Positions 1 through 8,749 of a stretch of DNA of 32,000 nt are shown here, one piece after another; within the stretch, counting starts at the first letter, position 1, and each line of letters opens with the position of its first letter. A program made the position numbers and the translations under genes. Under the pieces are notes generated by a model that saw only the letters and a list, made by a program, of their open reading frames with translations, had not been told where the DNA came from and made no database searches. The stretch covers positions 1-32,000 of the forward strand of contig JAWOFX010000079.1 in NCBI GenBank assembly GCA_046497275.1, read 5' to 3'. Source of the stretch: Promethearchaeia archaeon (lineage in GTDB: Archaea > Asgardarchaeota > Lokiarchaeia > Sigyniarchaeales > SOKP01).

Positions 1-303
1 TAATTGTTTTCCTTTAGGATCATTTTCTACAGCTTTATTAAATTCTCCTAAAACGGATTTATAATCCTGACCATCATCATATTTTTCTAAAACTAAAACA
101 ATTATCAATTCTTTATGTTCATTATAGAAAGAGATTGAATTCCAATTTTCTTCTTCATTAATAATATACGATTCTGTAAAATTATGAGAAATTTGGATCT
201 GTTGAACTATATTCTCAGATAGTTCTAAATCTTCTGGATATTTCATTTTAACTGTCCCTCCCTCAACTAAATCCCAAGAGATGAGGGCAACTCCTTTAAC
301 CAT
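1..303 (-). CDS. Hypothetical protein, N-terminal part only (runs off the window start); possible uDENN/longin-like fold
   Basis: Not in the ORF track. Translated by hand from ATG at 303: 101 open codons, MVKGVALISWDLVEGGTVKMKYPEDLELSENIVQQIQISHNF...NSISFYNEHKELIIVLVLEKYDDGQDY. The 'W/F-D-x-x-x-G-x5-YP' start resembles uDENN/longin N-termini (inference). Confidence 0.75.
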   Translation of the reverse strand, partial: MVKGVALISWDLVEGGTVKMKYPEDLELSENIVQQIQISHNFTESYIINEEENWNSISFYNEHKELIIVLVLEKYDDGQDYKSVLGEFNKAVENDPKGKQL

Positions 304-509
304 ATTATTATTCCTATCCTATAAAGTGCTTTATATCGCTTCCTAAAAATACATTAAATAATTTAGCTTAATAAATTTATTTTTATTGATAGTTGTGATT
401 TATTATATCGCAAAATAAAAAGCAATAATGAGAAAAATAGTAGATCAAATCTTCATACAAATCTAAGAAATGTTTATAATAAAAATTGATAATTAATTAG
501 AGTTTGATT

Positions 510-779
510 ATGTCTCAGGTATATTATGTGTATATTCTTGAAACACGGTCTAAAAAGGGAAAGAAAATGTATTATACAGGTTACACTAATGATCTCTATC
601 GTAGATTGGATGAACATAGAAATGATAGGGGGGCTAAATTTACGAGGGGTAAAGAGATTGAACTTAGTTATTTTGAATCCTACACAGATAGAAAGGAAGC
701 AATAAATAGAGAATTAGAAATTAAATCACTTACAAAGAAAGAAAAAGAAAACTTAATTAATAATTTTCAAAAGAGTTGA
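510..779 (+). CDS. GIY-YIG nuclease family protein (UPF0213-like)
   Basis: YYVYIL...YYTGYTNDLYRRLDEH...GAKFTRG...E pattern of small GIY-YIG proteins. ATG at 510 preferred over TTG at 504. Confidence 0.85.
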   Translation: MSQVYYVYILETRSKKGKKMYYTGYTNDLYRRLDEHRNDRGAKFTRGKEIELSYFESYTDRKEAINRELEIKSLTKKEKENLINNFQKS

Positions 780-1588
780 TTTTTTTGGAATTTATCAATA
801 ATTTTTTAATCTGTTTAACAGGTTTACCTGCTTCTGGAAAAACCACATTTGCTAAATTACTAAAAAAAAATATTATGGAGCAACAAAATAAGTTTGAAGT
901 AAAGATAATTGATCCAGATGTAATAAGGTCTGTAGTAAGTGAAGGAACATTCGATCCCGAAAAGGAGAGTCTTGTAAGGAAACAAAATTTAAAAGATATA
1001 GAAAAAAACCTTAAAAAGAAAAAAATAGTGATTAGTGACGATATAAATTATTATACGAGTATGAGACATGAGCTAAAACAAATTTCTCAAAAGCTTGGCG
1101 TTTGCTTTTTTATGATATATATATCTACTCCTTTAGAAATATGCCTTGAATGGAATGAAAAAAGAGGCAAACCTATTCCTAATCGAGTAATTTTGAATAT
1201 ATCCGAAAAGTTTGATACCTTTGAAAAATATAAATGGGAAACCCCCAATTTGATCCTTGATTTATCAAAAGTTGAAAACCTAGACCCAATTGTAAGAAAA
1301 TTTCTAGATTATATAGCACAACAACTGAAATTAATTTCCAAAAAGCGAAAAAAAGAGAAATCAAACAAAACGACTAAAAAAGAATATAAGGAATTATTAG
1401 ATTCGCTTACAAGATCCTTAGCAAGTGATCTATTAAAAACTGCAGTTTCTAAAGATCAGAAAAAGAAAATTCTCAAGAAAAGGAAGGAATTTCTAAAAGA
1501 GAATTTGGATAAAGAATTAACTAAAGAAGAGATTAAGCAGAAATTTCGCAAAATCTTAAATCAAACTCTGAATATTGGAAACATTTAG
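776..1588 (+). CDS. pstK: O-phosphoseryl-tRNA(Sec) kinase (PSTK; Kti12/PSTK family)
   Basis: P-loop LTGLPASGKTTFA, D-x-IR (DPDVIR), DDINYYTSMRHEL, WNEKRGKPIP and YKWETP motifs plus a helical C-terminal domain, as in archaeal PSTK. TTG start overlaps the upstream TGA (TTGA at 776-779). Confidence 0.85.
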   Translation: MIFLEFINNFLICLTGLPASGKTTFAKLLKKNIMEQQNKFEVKIIDPDVIRSVVSEGTFDPEKESLVRKQNLKDIEKNLKKKKIVISDDINYYTSMRHELKQISQKLGVCFFMIYISTPLEICLEWNEKRGKPIPNRVILNISEKFDTFEKYKWETPNLILDLSKVENLDPIVRKFLDYIAQQLKLISKKRKKEKSNKTTKKEYKELLDSLTRSLASDLLKTAVSKDQKKKILKKRKEFLKENLDKELTKEEIKQKFRKILNQTLNIGNI

Positions 1589-1706
1589 TCCGTATTCTTA
1601 TAGAATTTTATAAACCATAACGGTAAAGAAAATAAACCATAATTACTTTTAAAATCTTGAAGTATTTTTATTTTTTAAAAATTTTAAAAAAAATTTATAG
1701 AATAAA

Positions 1707-3971
1707 ATGGAAACTACAAAATTACGTATTGAAAGATTAGATAAGGAAAGGAGCGGACGCTCTCTATGTTATATGGATCAAGAGGCTATGAAAAATTTGG
1801 GATTAAGTACGGGCGATATCATAGAAATTAAAGGCAAGAAAAAAACAGCGGGAATTGCAGTTGCTAGTCCTATGGATAAAGAAACGCAAATAATTCGATT
1901 AGACGGGATTATGAGATTGAATAGCGGAGCAACGATTGGTGAATTTGTGGAAGTACAACCTGCAAAAGTATATGATGCAGACGAGATCATTTTAACTCCC
2001 ACCAGACCAAATATCGATTTAAAAAGGCAAGCTGAAGCAATAAAAGGAAAGCTTATTGATAAACCTGTTGTTTTAGGTGATATTGTTGATGTTTATGGGA
2101 GTTTTATTAAAGAAAATGATTCAGAAAATCCTATGAATGAATTAATGAAGATGTTTCCATTTAAAATGGGAGGTAAAAAAAGACCTACCATTGGAAATTT
2201 AAGATTAATAGTGGAAAATACAAAACCTTCTGGAGAGATAGTCAAGATCAGCAGAGACACTCAGATTAAAATTAATAAAAGAGTTGCAGTATTAAATGTT
2301 TCTGGCGGGGTAGTGACTTATGATGATGTTGGAGGATTGACAGAACAGATTCAGAGGATAAGAGAGATGGTAGAATTGCCATTGAAACATCCAGAATTAT
2401 TCCACAGATTAAACATTGATCCTCCGAAGGGAGTATTATTTCATGGAACTTCCGGAACTGGAAAAACATTAATGGCTAAAGCAGTATCTCAAGAATCTAA
2501 TGCTCATTTTATAACGATTAATGGTCCGGAAATTATGTCAAAATTTTATGGGGCTAGTGAAGAAAGATTACGGGATATATTCAGAGAAGCAGAAGCTAAA
2601 TCTCCATCAATTATTTTCATTGATGAAATTGATTCAATTGCTCCAAAAAGAGTTGATACTTCTGGAGAGGTTGAAAGACGAGTGGTTTCTCAATTACTTT
2701 CATTACTTGATGGGCTTAGAGGCAGAGGAGAAGTTATAGTAATCGGTGCAACTAATCGATTGAATGCTTTAGATGAAGCGTTAAGAAGACCCGGCAGATT
2801 TGATAGAGAAATTGAATTTAGAGTCCCTAATTCAAAGGGTAGAAAAGAGATTTTTCAAATTCACACAAGAGGCATGCCATTAGAGTTAGATGTTGATTTA
2901 GAGAGATATTCTGAAATTACTCATGGATTTGTTGGAGCAGATATAATGGCTGTGTGCAGAGAGGCCGCTATGTTTGCTCTGAGAAGAATCTTACCCAAAA
3001 TTAACTTAGATGAGCCAATTCCAAGTGATATAATTCAAAAATTGAAAATTAAAAATCAAGATTTCATGCAAGCAATTAATATGGTTGAACCATCAGCTAT
3101 GCGAGAAGTTTTGGTTGATGTACCCGATGTCGGTTGGGATGATATTGGTGGATTAAATGAAGTCAAACAAGAACTAAAAGAGGCTGTTGAATGGCCCTTA
3201 ACGTATCCGAAGTTATTTGAACGTGCTGGAATTAGACAATTAAATGGGATCCTTCTTTTTGGTCCTCCTGGATGTGGGAAAACATTGTTAGCAAAAGCTA
3301 TCGCTAATGAGAGTGAATGCAATTTTATATCTGTAAAAGGACCAGAAATTTACTCTAAATGGGTTGGAGAAAGCGAAAAAGCAGTGAGAGATATTTTCAG
3401 GAAGGCACGTCAAGCAGCACCTTCTATTATTTATTTTGATGAAATTGACGCGATTACTTCTGGAAGAGGTGAAACTGAAAGCACACGTACTTTTGCATCA
3501 ATAGTAAACCAAATACTTGTAGAAATGGACGGAATTGAAAATAGGAAAGGAATTATTACCATCGCTAGTACAAATCGTCCTGATATAGTAGACCCCGCAT
3601 TTTTAAGACCAGGAAGATTCGACCGATTAATTTATGTTGAAGCACCTGATAAAGATGGAAGATTGAAGATTTTAGAAGTCCATACTAAAAACATGCCTTT
3701 AGCTGAGGATATATCATTAGAACGCATTGCGAATTTAACTGACGGATATAGTGGAGCAGATATAGAAAATCTATGTCGAGAAGCAGGTATGGAAGCAATT
3801 AGAGAAAAAATGGATGATTTAGATCAAATTGAATTCAAACACTTTGAAAAAGCTCTCTCCAAAATAAAATCGACCTTACCAATAGAGATCATTGATAAAT
3901 ATGAAAAAATGGCGAAGAAAATTACAGAATCTAGAAATATACGTGAGCCCTCCGCAGATTTATATAAATAA
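1707..3971 (+). CDS. cdc48: Cdc48/VCP/p97-type double AAA+ ATPase
   Basis: N-domain ([11 protein letters not shown]), D1 Walker A GTSGTGKT and Walker [10 protein letters not shown]2 Walker A GPPGCGKT and Walker B IIYFDEID, two SRH motifs ([16 protein letters not shown]), C-terminal DLYK. Confidence 0.97.
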   Translation: METTKLRIERLDKERSGRSLCYMDQEAMKNLGLSTGDIIEIKGKKKTAGIAVASPMDKETQIIRLDGIMRLNSGATIGEFVEVQPAKVYDADEIILTPTRPNIDLKRQAEAIKGKLIDKPVVLGDIVDVYGSFIKENDSENPMNELMKMFPFKMGGKKRPTIGNLRLIVENTKPSGEIVKISRDTQIKINKRVAVLNVSGGVVTYDDVGGLTEQIQRIREMVELPLKHPELFHRLNIDPPKGVLFHGTSGTGKTLMAKAVSQESNAHFITINGPEIMSKFYGASEERLRDIFREAEAKSPSIIFIDEIDSIAPKRVDTSGEVERRVVSQLLSLLDGLRGRGEVIVIGATNRLNALDEALRRPGRFDREIEFRVPNSKGRKEIFQIHTRGMPLELDVDLERYSEITHGFVGADIMAVCREAAMFALRRILPKINLDEPIPSDIIQKLKIKNQDFMQAINMVEPSAMREVLVDVPDVGWDDIGGLNEVKQELKEAVEWPLTYPKLFERAGIRQLNGILLFGPPGCGKTLLAKAIANESECNFISVKGPEIYSKWVGESEKAVRDIFRKARQAAPSIIYFDEIDAITSGRGETESTRTFASIVNQILVEMDGIENRKGIITIASTNRPDIVDPAFLRPGRFDRLIYVEAPDKDGRLKILEVHTKNMPLAEDISLERIANLTDGYSGADIENLCREAGMEAIREKMDDLDQIEFKHFEKALSKIKSTLPIEIIDKYEKMAKKITESRNIREPSADLYK

Positions 3972-4063
3972 AAATTCGTTTCTATTTCCTTATTTACAAT
4001 CATTTTCATTAAAATTTTTGTCTTTTCACTATTTTTCTAACAATCTATCTATTAGTTAAAGTT

Positions 4064-5395
4064 TTAACCAATAAATCTACCTCTATCATCTCTTTTTCTC
4101 TTTTCTACTATAATTTTCATTGCCTTTGAATTTTTCTCTCTTCCGCATATTGGACACCATGTTCCTTCAGGTTTTGAAGGTTTGCCTCTAATGTCATTTG
4201 GGGCAGCACACCAATAATATTCATGTTTATTGCAGTACCATTTTAAAGGGACAGTTTCTCCAAAATAATTCTCTGACAATAATTTACCGTTCCTTTTGAT
4301 TGCTAAATTTCTCAATTCATTTAACTTATCTGGTTCCGAAAGTTTAAATCTTCGCCAATCAATCTTTTCATCTTGTTCAGGAGGAAATATTCCTTTTTCT
4401 TTACATTTATCTCTAATATATTGTTCCATTTCATTAATTTTTATTTTATATAATTTTCCATCTTTAAATTCATATCCAACTTCTATTAAAATTATACCTT
4501 CTTTTTTACAATTAGATCTTTTATAATTATCTATTTTTTTGCGTTTTTCAAATATTTCAGGATCATTATTATGAAAAAACTTATGAAATTTGTAATGCTG
4601 GATTCCATGTCTTTCAAAAGCTATTTTTAAATCTTTATTATAACCATCAAGATGTAAATCATGATTTCTAAGCCAAGGGAGATTATGTTCTTTTGGAAAT
4701 TCGACACCGAATATTGCTTCAAAAAAAGTACGGCATATTTTTTCCTGTCTTCCTTCAGCACATTCGGGACACCATGTTCCGTTAGGGCGAGAAGGTTTGC
4801 CCATTATATCGTAAGGTCTTGCTTTCCAAATATGTCCACATGATCCGCACTTCCATGTATGAATTTTGAGAACTCCTTTGAACGCCTTGGATAAAAATTC
4901 TCCTCCTCCAGGTTTAGAATTTGCTAATTCTTGCATATAACTAACATCATATTTCCTAAGATTTTTTCGCATTGATTTATTTCCACATTCTGGGCACCAC
5001 GAACCTTTTTTAGAGGGATAATCTTTAATATTACTTGGTTTCGCTTCCCATTCACATCCACATAAATCACATTTCCATCTATGTCGTTTTGTCATGCCAT
5101 AAAATTCATCAGATAATAATTCTCCTCCTCTTTCTTTTGCCAATTCTTTGAAGTAATTAAACAAAACGCTATTTTGCTTCATATTACAATAAGGACAATT
5201 AAAAGTACCTCTCTTGATTTTTTGCATTATATTGGCTCTGTAATCTTTCCATTTTTTACCGCACGAATTACATTGAAATTCTAAATTAGACAAATTATTG
5301 ATGTATTTATTTGAAATAAGAGATATATTCCTTTTCTCGGCAAGATTTCTAAGCTGGTTTAAATAATAATTTTTATCCTTAATCTGAGATTTCAT
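4064..5395 (-). CDS. Multi-zinc-ribbon (treble-clef-like) repeat protein with a Vsr/DUF559-like PD-(D/E)XK endonuclease domain
   Basis: Four ~55-aa repeats LA-x-x-R/K-x-G-x-LLS...W-x-C-x2/3-(C/H)...W...WCP-x-C, three before and one after a LDGYNKDLKIAFERHGIQHY...D-x-x-K...IILIEV core. Confidence 0.75.
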   Translation of the reverse strand: MKSQIKDKNYYLNQLRNLAEKRNISLISNKYINNLSNLEFQCNSCGKKWKDYRANIMQKIKRGTFNCPYCNMKQNSVLFNYFKELAKERGGELLSDEFYGMTKRHRWKCDLCGCEWEAKPSNIKDYPSKKGSWCPECGNKSMRKNLRKYDVSYMQELANSKPGGGEFLSKAFKGVLKIHTWKCGSCGHIWKARPYDIMGKPSRPNGTWCPECAEGRQEKICRTFFEAIFGVEFPKEHNLPWLRNHDLHLDGYNKDLKIAFERHGIQHYKFHKFFHNNDPEIFEKRKKIDNYKRSNCKKEGIILIEVGYEFKDGKLYKIKINEMEQYIRDKCKEKGIFPPEQDEKIDWRRFKLSEPDKLNELRNLAIKRNGKLLSENYFGETVPLKWYCNKHEYYWCAAPNDIRGKPSKPEGTWCPICGREKNSKAMKIIVEKRKRDDRGRFIG

Positions 5396-5475
5396 AATTT
5401 CGATTAATGGATTTTAGCTATATTTTATCTTAAAAAATAATATTATATTTCTAAACGTAAAGAGGTTGAGGATTT

Positions 5476-5513
5476 AATGAATTTTTTTAACTAGTATAGT
5501 ATGAAAATTCATT
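5476..5513. repeat. Perfect 10-bp inverted repeat with 18-nt spacer (possible terminator or operator)
   Basis: AATGAATTTT (5476-5485) / AAAATTCATT (5504-5513), between the aminotransferase stop and the nuclease start. Confidence 0.4.
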
Positions 5514-5598
5514 TAATATTCCAATATGGATGATAAATAATGCTATAGAATCCCCTTTAATGGGTTTCAAAAAATCAAATACTCTTGTTATATTCTAA

Positions 5599-6762
5599 CT
5601 ATAGATTAGACACAAAATCCTCGATTCTATCCATTGCTTCCTTTAATTTTTCCATCTCAGTCGCATAGGAAATTCTTAATTTATCTTCCGAATATGAGCC
5701 AAAAATGTTTCCAGGAACGATTGCCACTCCTTTTTCCCTCATGATTCGTTCTGAAAATTCCTGACTCGTCATATTGAATTTCTTTATAGAAGGCATTATA
5801 TAAAAAGCACCTCGTGGTTTTATCACGTCAAAACCAATCTCTTTTAATCGCCTAAAACTCAAATCTCTTCGAGCTTTAAAAGTTTCCAATATATCATCGA
5901 AAAATTTGTTGTCCATTTTTAATGCCTCAATAAATCCATATTGAGCAGCATGATTAGTTCCTGCCACTGTATATTGATGATACTTTTCCATAAGCTCGAT
6001 TATATCTGCTCTTGCAACCGCATAACCCAAACGAAACCCAGTTGCAGAATATAATTTTGACATTGCATTTAATGTAATTGTACGTTCAAACATCTCGTCT
6101 ATAGATGCTGGACTGAGAAATTGCATTCCATCATAGAGATAATTTTCATAAACCTCATCTGAAATAAGATACAGATCATTTTCTAGAACAATTTGTACTA
6201 ATTCTTCGATTTCATCCCTCGTCATTGCATAGCCTGTTGGATTATTAGGAGAATTAATTAAGATTGCTTTTGTTTTTTGGTTTATTGCATTTCTAATAGC
6301 TGGAAAGTCGGGGCTGAAATCATCCTTCCGCTTTATCTCACGGACCTTTACCCCATAAAATGGACCAAGATAATAATACGAAATGAAATTCGGTGAATGC
6401 AATATAAACTCATCTCCAGGATTAAATATCGAGGCGAAGGTCAGAGCGAGTGCTTGACTGCCACCATTTGATACAATTATATTTTCTTTCCAATCTACAT
6501 TAATATGATTAAAATCACGCAATTTCTTCTCTATTTGCTGTAATAATTCTGGCACTCCTCTTGTAGGAGCATAATGTGTGATATTTTTGTCTAATGCATC
6601 TTTATTAGCCTTTATGATTGGTTCGGGAGTATCAAAATCTGGTTGCCCGATACCGAGACTGATTACATCAGAACGACCAGCCGCTAGATCGAATAACTCT
6701 CGTATCTTCGACTTCGGGGTTTTTTCTTTAAGAATTCTTGATAATTCTTTCATATTAAGCAC
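5599..6762 (-). CDS. PLP-dependent aminotransferase class I/II (aspartate aminotransferase-like)
   Basis: GQPDF, NSPNNPTG, SDEVYE and NAMSKLYSATGFRLG (PLP lysine). The real start may be ATG at 6753. Confidence 0.93.
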   Translation of the reverse strand: MLNMKELSRILKEKTPKSKIRELFDLAAGRSDVISLGIGQPDFDTPEPIIKANKDALDKNITHYAPTRGVPELLQQIEKKLRDFNHINVDWKENIIVSNGGSQALALTFASIFNPGDEFILHSPNFISYYYLGPFYGVKVREIKRKDDFSPDFPAIRNAINQKTKAILINSPNNPTGYAMTRDEIEELVQIVLENDLYLISDEVYENYLYDGMQFLSPASIDEMFERTITLNAMSKLYSATGFRLGYAVARADIIELMEKYHQYTVAGTNHAAQYGFIEALKMDNKFFDDILETFKARRDLSFRRLKEIGFDVIKPRGAFYIMPSIKKFNMTSQEFSERIMREKGVAIVPGNIFGSYSEDKLRISYATEMEKLKEAMDRIEDFVSNL

Positions 6763-6952
6763 TAAAACCTTACTGATTATGGTTATTCTTTATTATGATA
6801 GATTCAATATAAGGAATCGCATAATACTATATGTTTAGATAATCCTAAAATTAAGAGACTGAAACTTATAAATTACACTTATTTCATTAAATAATCTTCA
6901 AAAATACAATCAATACATCTAAAAAGAGAATTATAATAAAATTTAGAGGAGT

Positions 6953-7504
6953 TTAAATAATCTCCCCATAATTTCTGAGAATTTGTCGCACAAGGTTCTG
7001 AAAAGCTTGCTCAACATTATCACCATATTTTGCACTTGTTTCGATGTAATCACACGCATTTATTTCATTGGCAAGATGTTGCCCCTCCTCAGTTGGAACG
7101 ATTCGCTGATCCTCTAAATCAATCTTATTCGCAATTAAGATGTATGCTCCTTCATCTTTTACATATTTTTTAAAATCTGATAACCATTTATTAGTGATTT
7201 CAGAAAAAGTATTATGACGGGTTACATCATAGACTAATAATGCCCCAACACAACCTTGAAAATACATACTTCGAATTACATTATATTTTTCCTGACCAGC
7301 AAGGTCCCAGACAATCAATCGAATTTTTGCGTTTATATCCTTTAAGGTAACATCCTTTCGTATAATGTTACTTCCAAGTGTGGGCTTATAATCCTCAGAA
7401 AATGAGCCTTCTGCATATCGGTTAATCAGACTTGTTTTTCCGACCGCTGCTTCTCCTAACAGTACTAATTTAAACACATATTCTTTTAAATCCTCTGGCG
7501 CCAT
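6953..7504 (-). CDS. Rab-like small GTPase
   Basis: G1 GEAAVGKTS, G2 YKPTLG, G3 WDLAGQE, G4 ANKID, G5 ETSAK. Rab-like YFQGC/LVYDVT segments. No C-terminal Cys prenylation motif (ends NYGEII). Confidence 0.95.
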   Translation of the reverse strand: MAPEDLKEYVFKLVLLGEAAVGKTSLINRYAEGSFSEDYKPTLGSNIIRKDVTLKDINAKIRLIVWDLAGQEKYNVIRSMYFQGCVGALLVYDVTRHNTFSEITNKWLSDFKKYVKDEGAYILIANKIDLEDQRIVPTEEGQHLANEINACDYIETSAKYGDNVEQAFQNLVRQILRNYGEII

Positions 7505-7545
7505 ATTAAATAATCCTCAGATCAATATTTATATTTATTTTTATT

Positions 7546-8112
7546 TTATTTAATTCTTTTCTCAATATTTAAGGTTATAATAAAAGTATTATGATTGGGA
7601 TTTTGGGTATTTTCCGGAGGCGTTTCGTAAACTACCCTTTCCCCTGAAGTTAGTGTTTTTTCGAGGGTATGCACTAAAAATCCTTTAAATAAATCGCAGG
7701 GAATGCCTATTTCAGAACAGAAAACACAATTTATGATTTGAATTTTAAATAGAGTGTCAGAGTGTTCAATAATTCGCACGTTCCAATTTGTATCAATTAA
7801 TTCAGTAATTTCTTCAACACTTTCTTGGAAACTTTTTCCAAAGGGAAAGAGATAAAAAGAAAATTTTCGACCAATTTCAAAGAGGAGGTCTTTAGATTCG
7901 AATAAGAGACAATTTTGAGCCGCAATAATTTTTTTAAAAGAAAAGAAATCAATCCTATGATCTGGATTTATATCTCTTTGATCTTTTAACTCAAGCAACC
8001 CAGCTTCTCGTAAGATGGATTTCATCCCATCATAATCGAGAGTATCGAGATATGCCTGCAAAAGTGCGGTTACCACTCTATTTTTAACGAAACCCTTGTA
8101 ATCCCCTATCAT
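7546..8112 (-). CDS. V4R-domain (HNOX/Bet3-like fold) protein
   Basis: NR...YLDTL...G-x-x-SILREAGL N-terminus, IGRKF motif and NCVFC...PCDLFKGFL Cys cluster typical of V4R proteins. Confidence 0.65.
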   Translation of the reverse strand: MIGDYKGFVKNRVVTALLQAYLDTLDYDGMKSILREAGLLELKDQRDINPDHRIDFFSFKKIIAAQNCLLFESKDLLFEIGRKFSFYLFPFGKSFQESVEEITELIDTNWNVRIIEHSDTLFKIQIINCVFCSEIGIPCDLFKGFLVHTLEKTLTSGERVVYETPPENTQNPNHNTFIITLNIEKRIK

Positions 8113-8146
8113 AAATAACTACTGCCTAATATTCTTTACATATAGT

Positions 8147-8575
8147 TTATAAATCAAGAAGAGACAGGTTGAATCTTGGATCGTGAATTCTTTTAATAGT
8201 TTCCTTTGTTTCGTAAATATATACCTCTCCTGTGACTGAAACAATGCTAGGTTGCCCTAAATGACCTCCAATTATACTATAGTCTTGTCGTGCCACCATA
8301 AAATGCATATGAACGATAGGATCTCCATCTTTGTAAGCAACATTACCCATGCAACTAACTAATTCTACTGGTTCATCGATAGTTTTTAATTGATATTCAT
8401 TTGTCTCAATGTTGAAATAGCCAACTGTGAATTTTTTAAGAGCCCCGATTGCATTTATTGACCCAGATTTGATCTTATATTTTTTCACTAGCTCTGTGAT
8501 TGCGTCAATTAGATCTTCATCAGGCATAACTCGGCTAACGATTACTCTCGTAGCTTTTGATTCAATGCTCTTCAT
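8147..8575 (-). CDS. PPC/DUF296 domain protein
   Basis: R-x-x-PDEDL, GSINAIGAL, ELVSCMGNV, HMH...IIGGHL motifs. Confidence 0.9.
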   Translation of the reverse strand: MKSIESKATRVIVSRVMPDEDLIDAITELVKKYKIKSGSINAIGALKKFTVGYFNIETNEYQLKTIDEPVELVSCMGNVAYKDGDPIVHMHFMVARQDYSIIGGHLGQPSIVSVTGEVYIYETKETIKRIHDPRFNLSLLDL

Positions 8576-8749
8576 AGTTATATCATAATAGTTATATTAT
8601 AAAAAATCTAGTTAATAAGAATTGAGGACTTCTTTAAAATTATTGTATTATGAGCTAGAAAGTTCGAAAATATATTTACTAAAAAGCGAAGAAAAATTAA
8701 GATAATCAATTAATTAAAATTTTAAAAAGAGAAATAAGAAGAAAGAATA

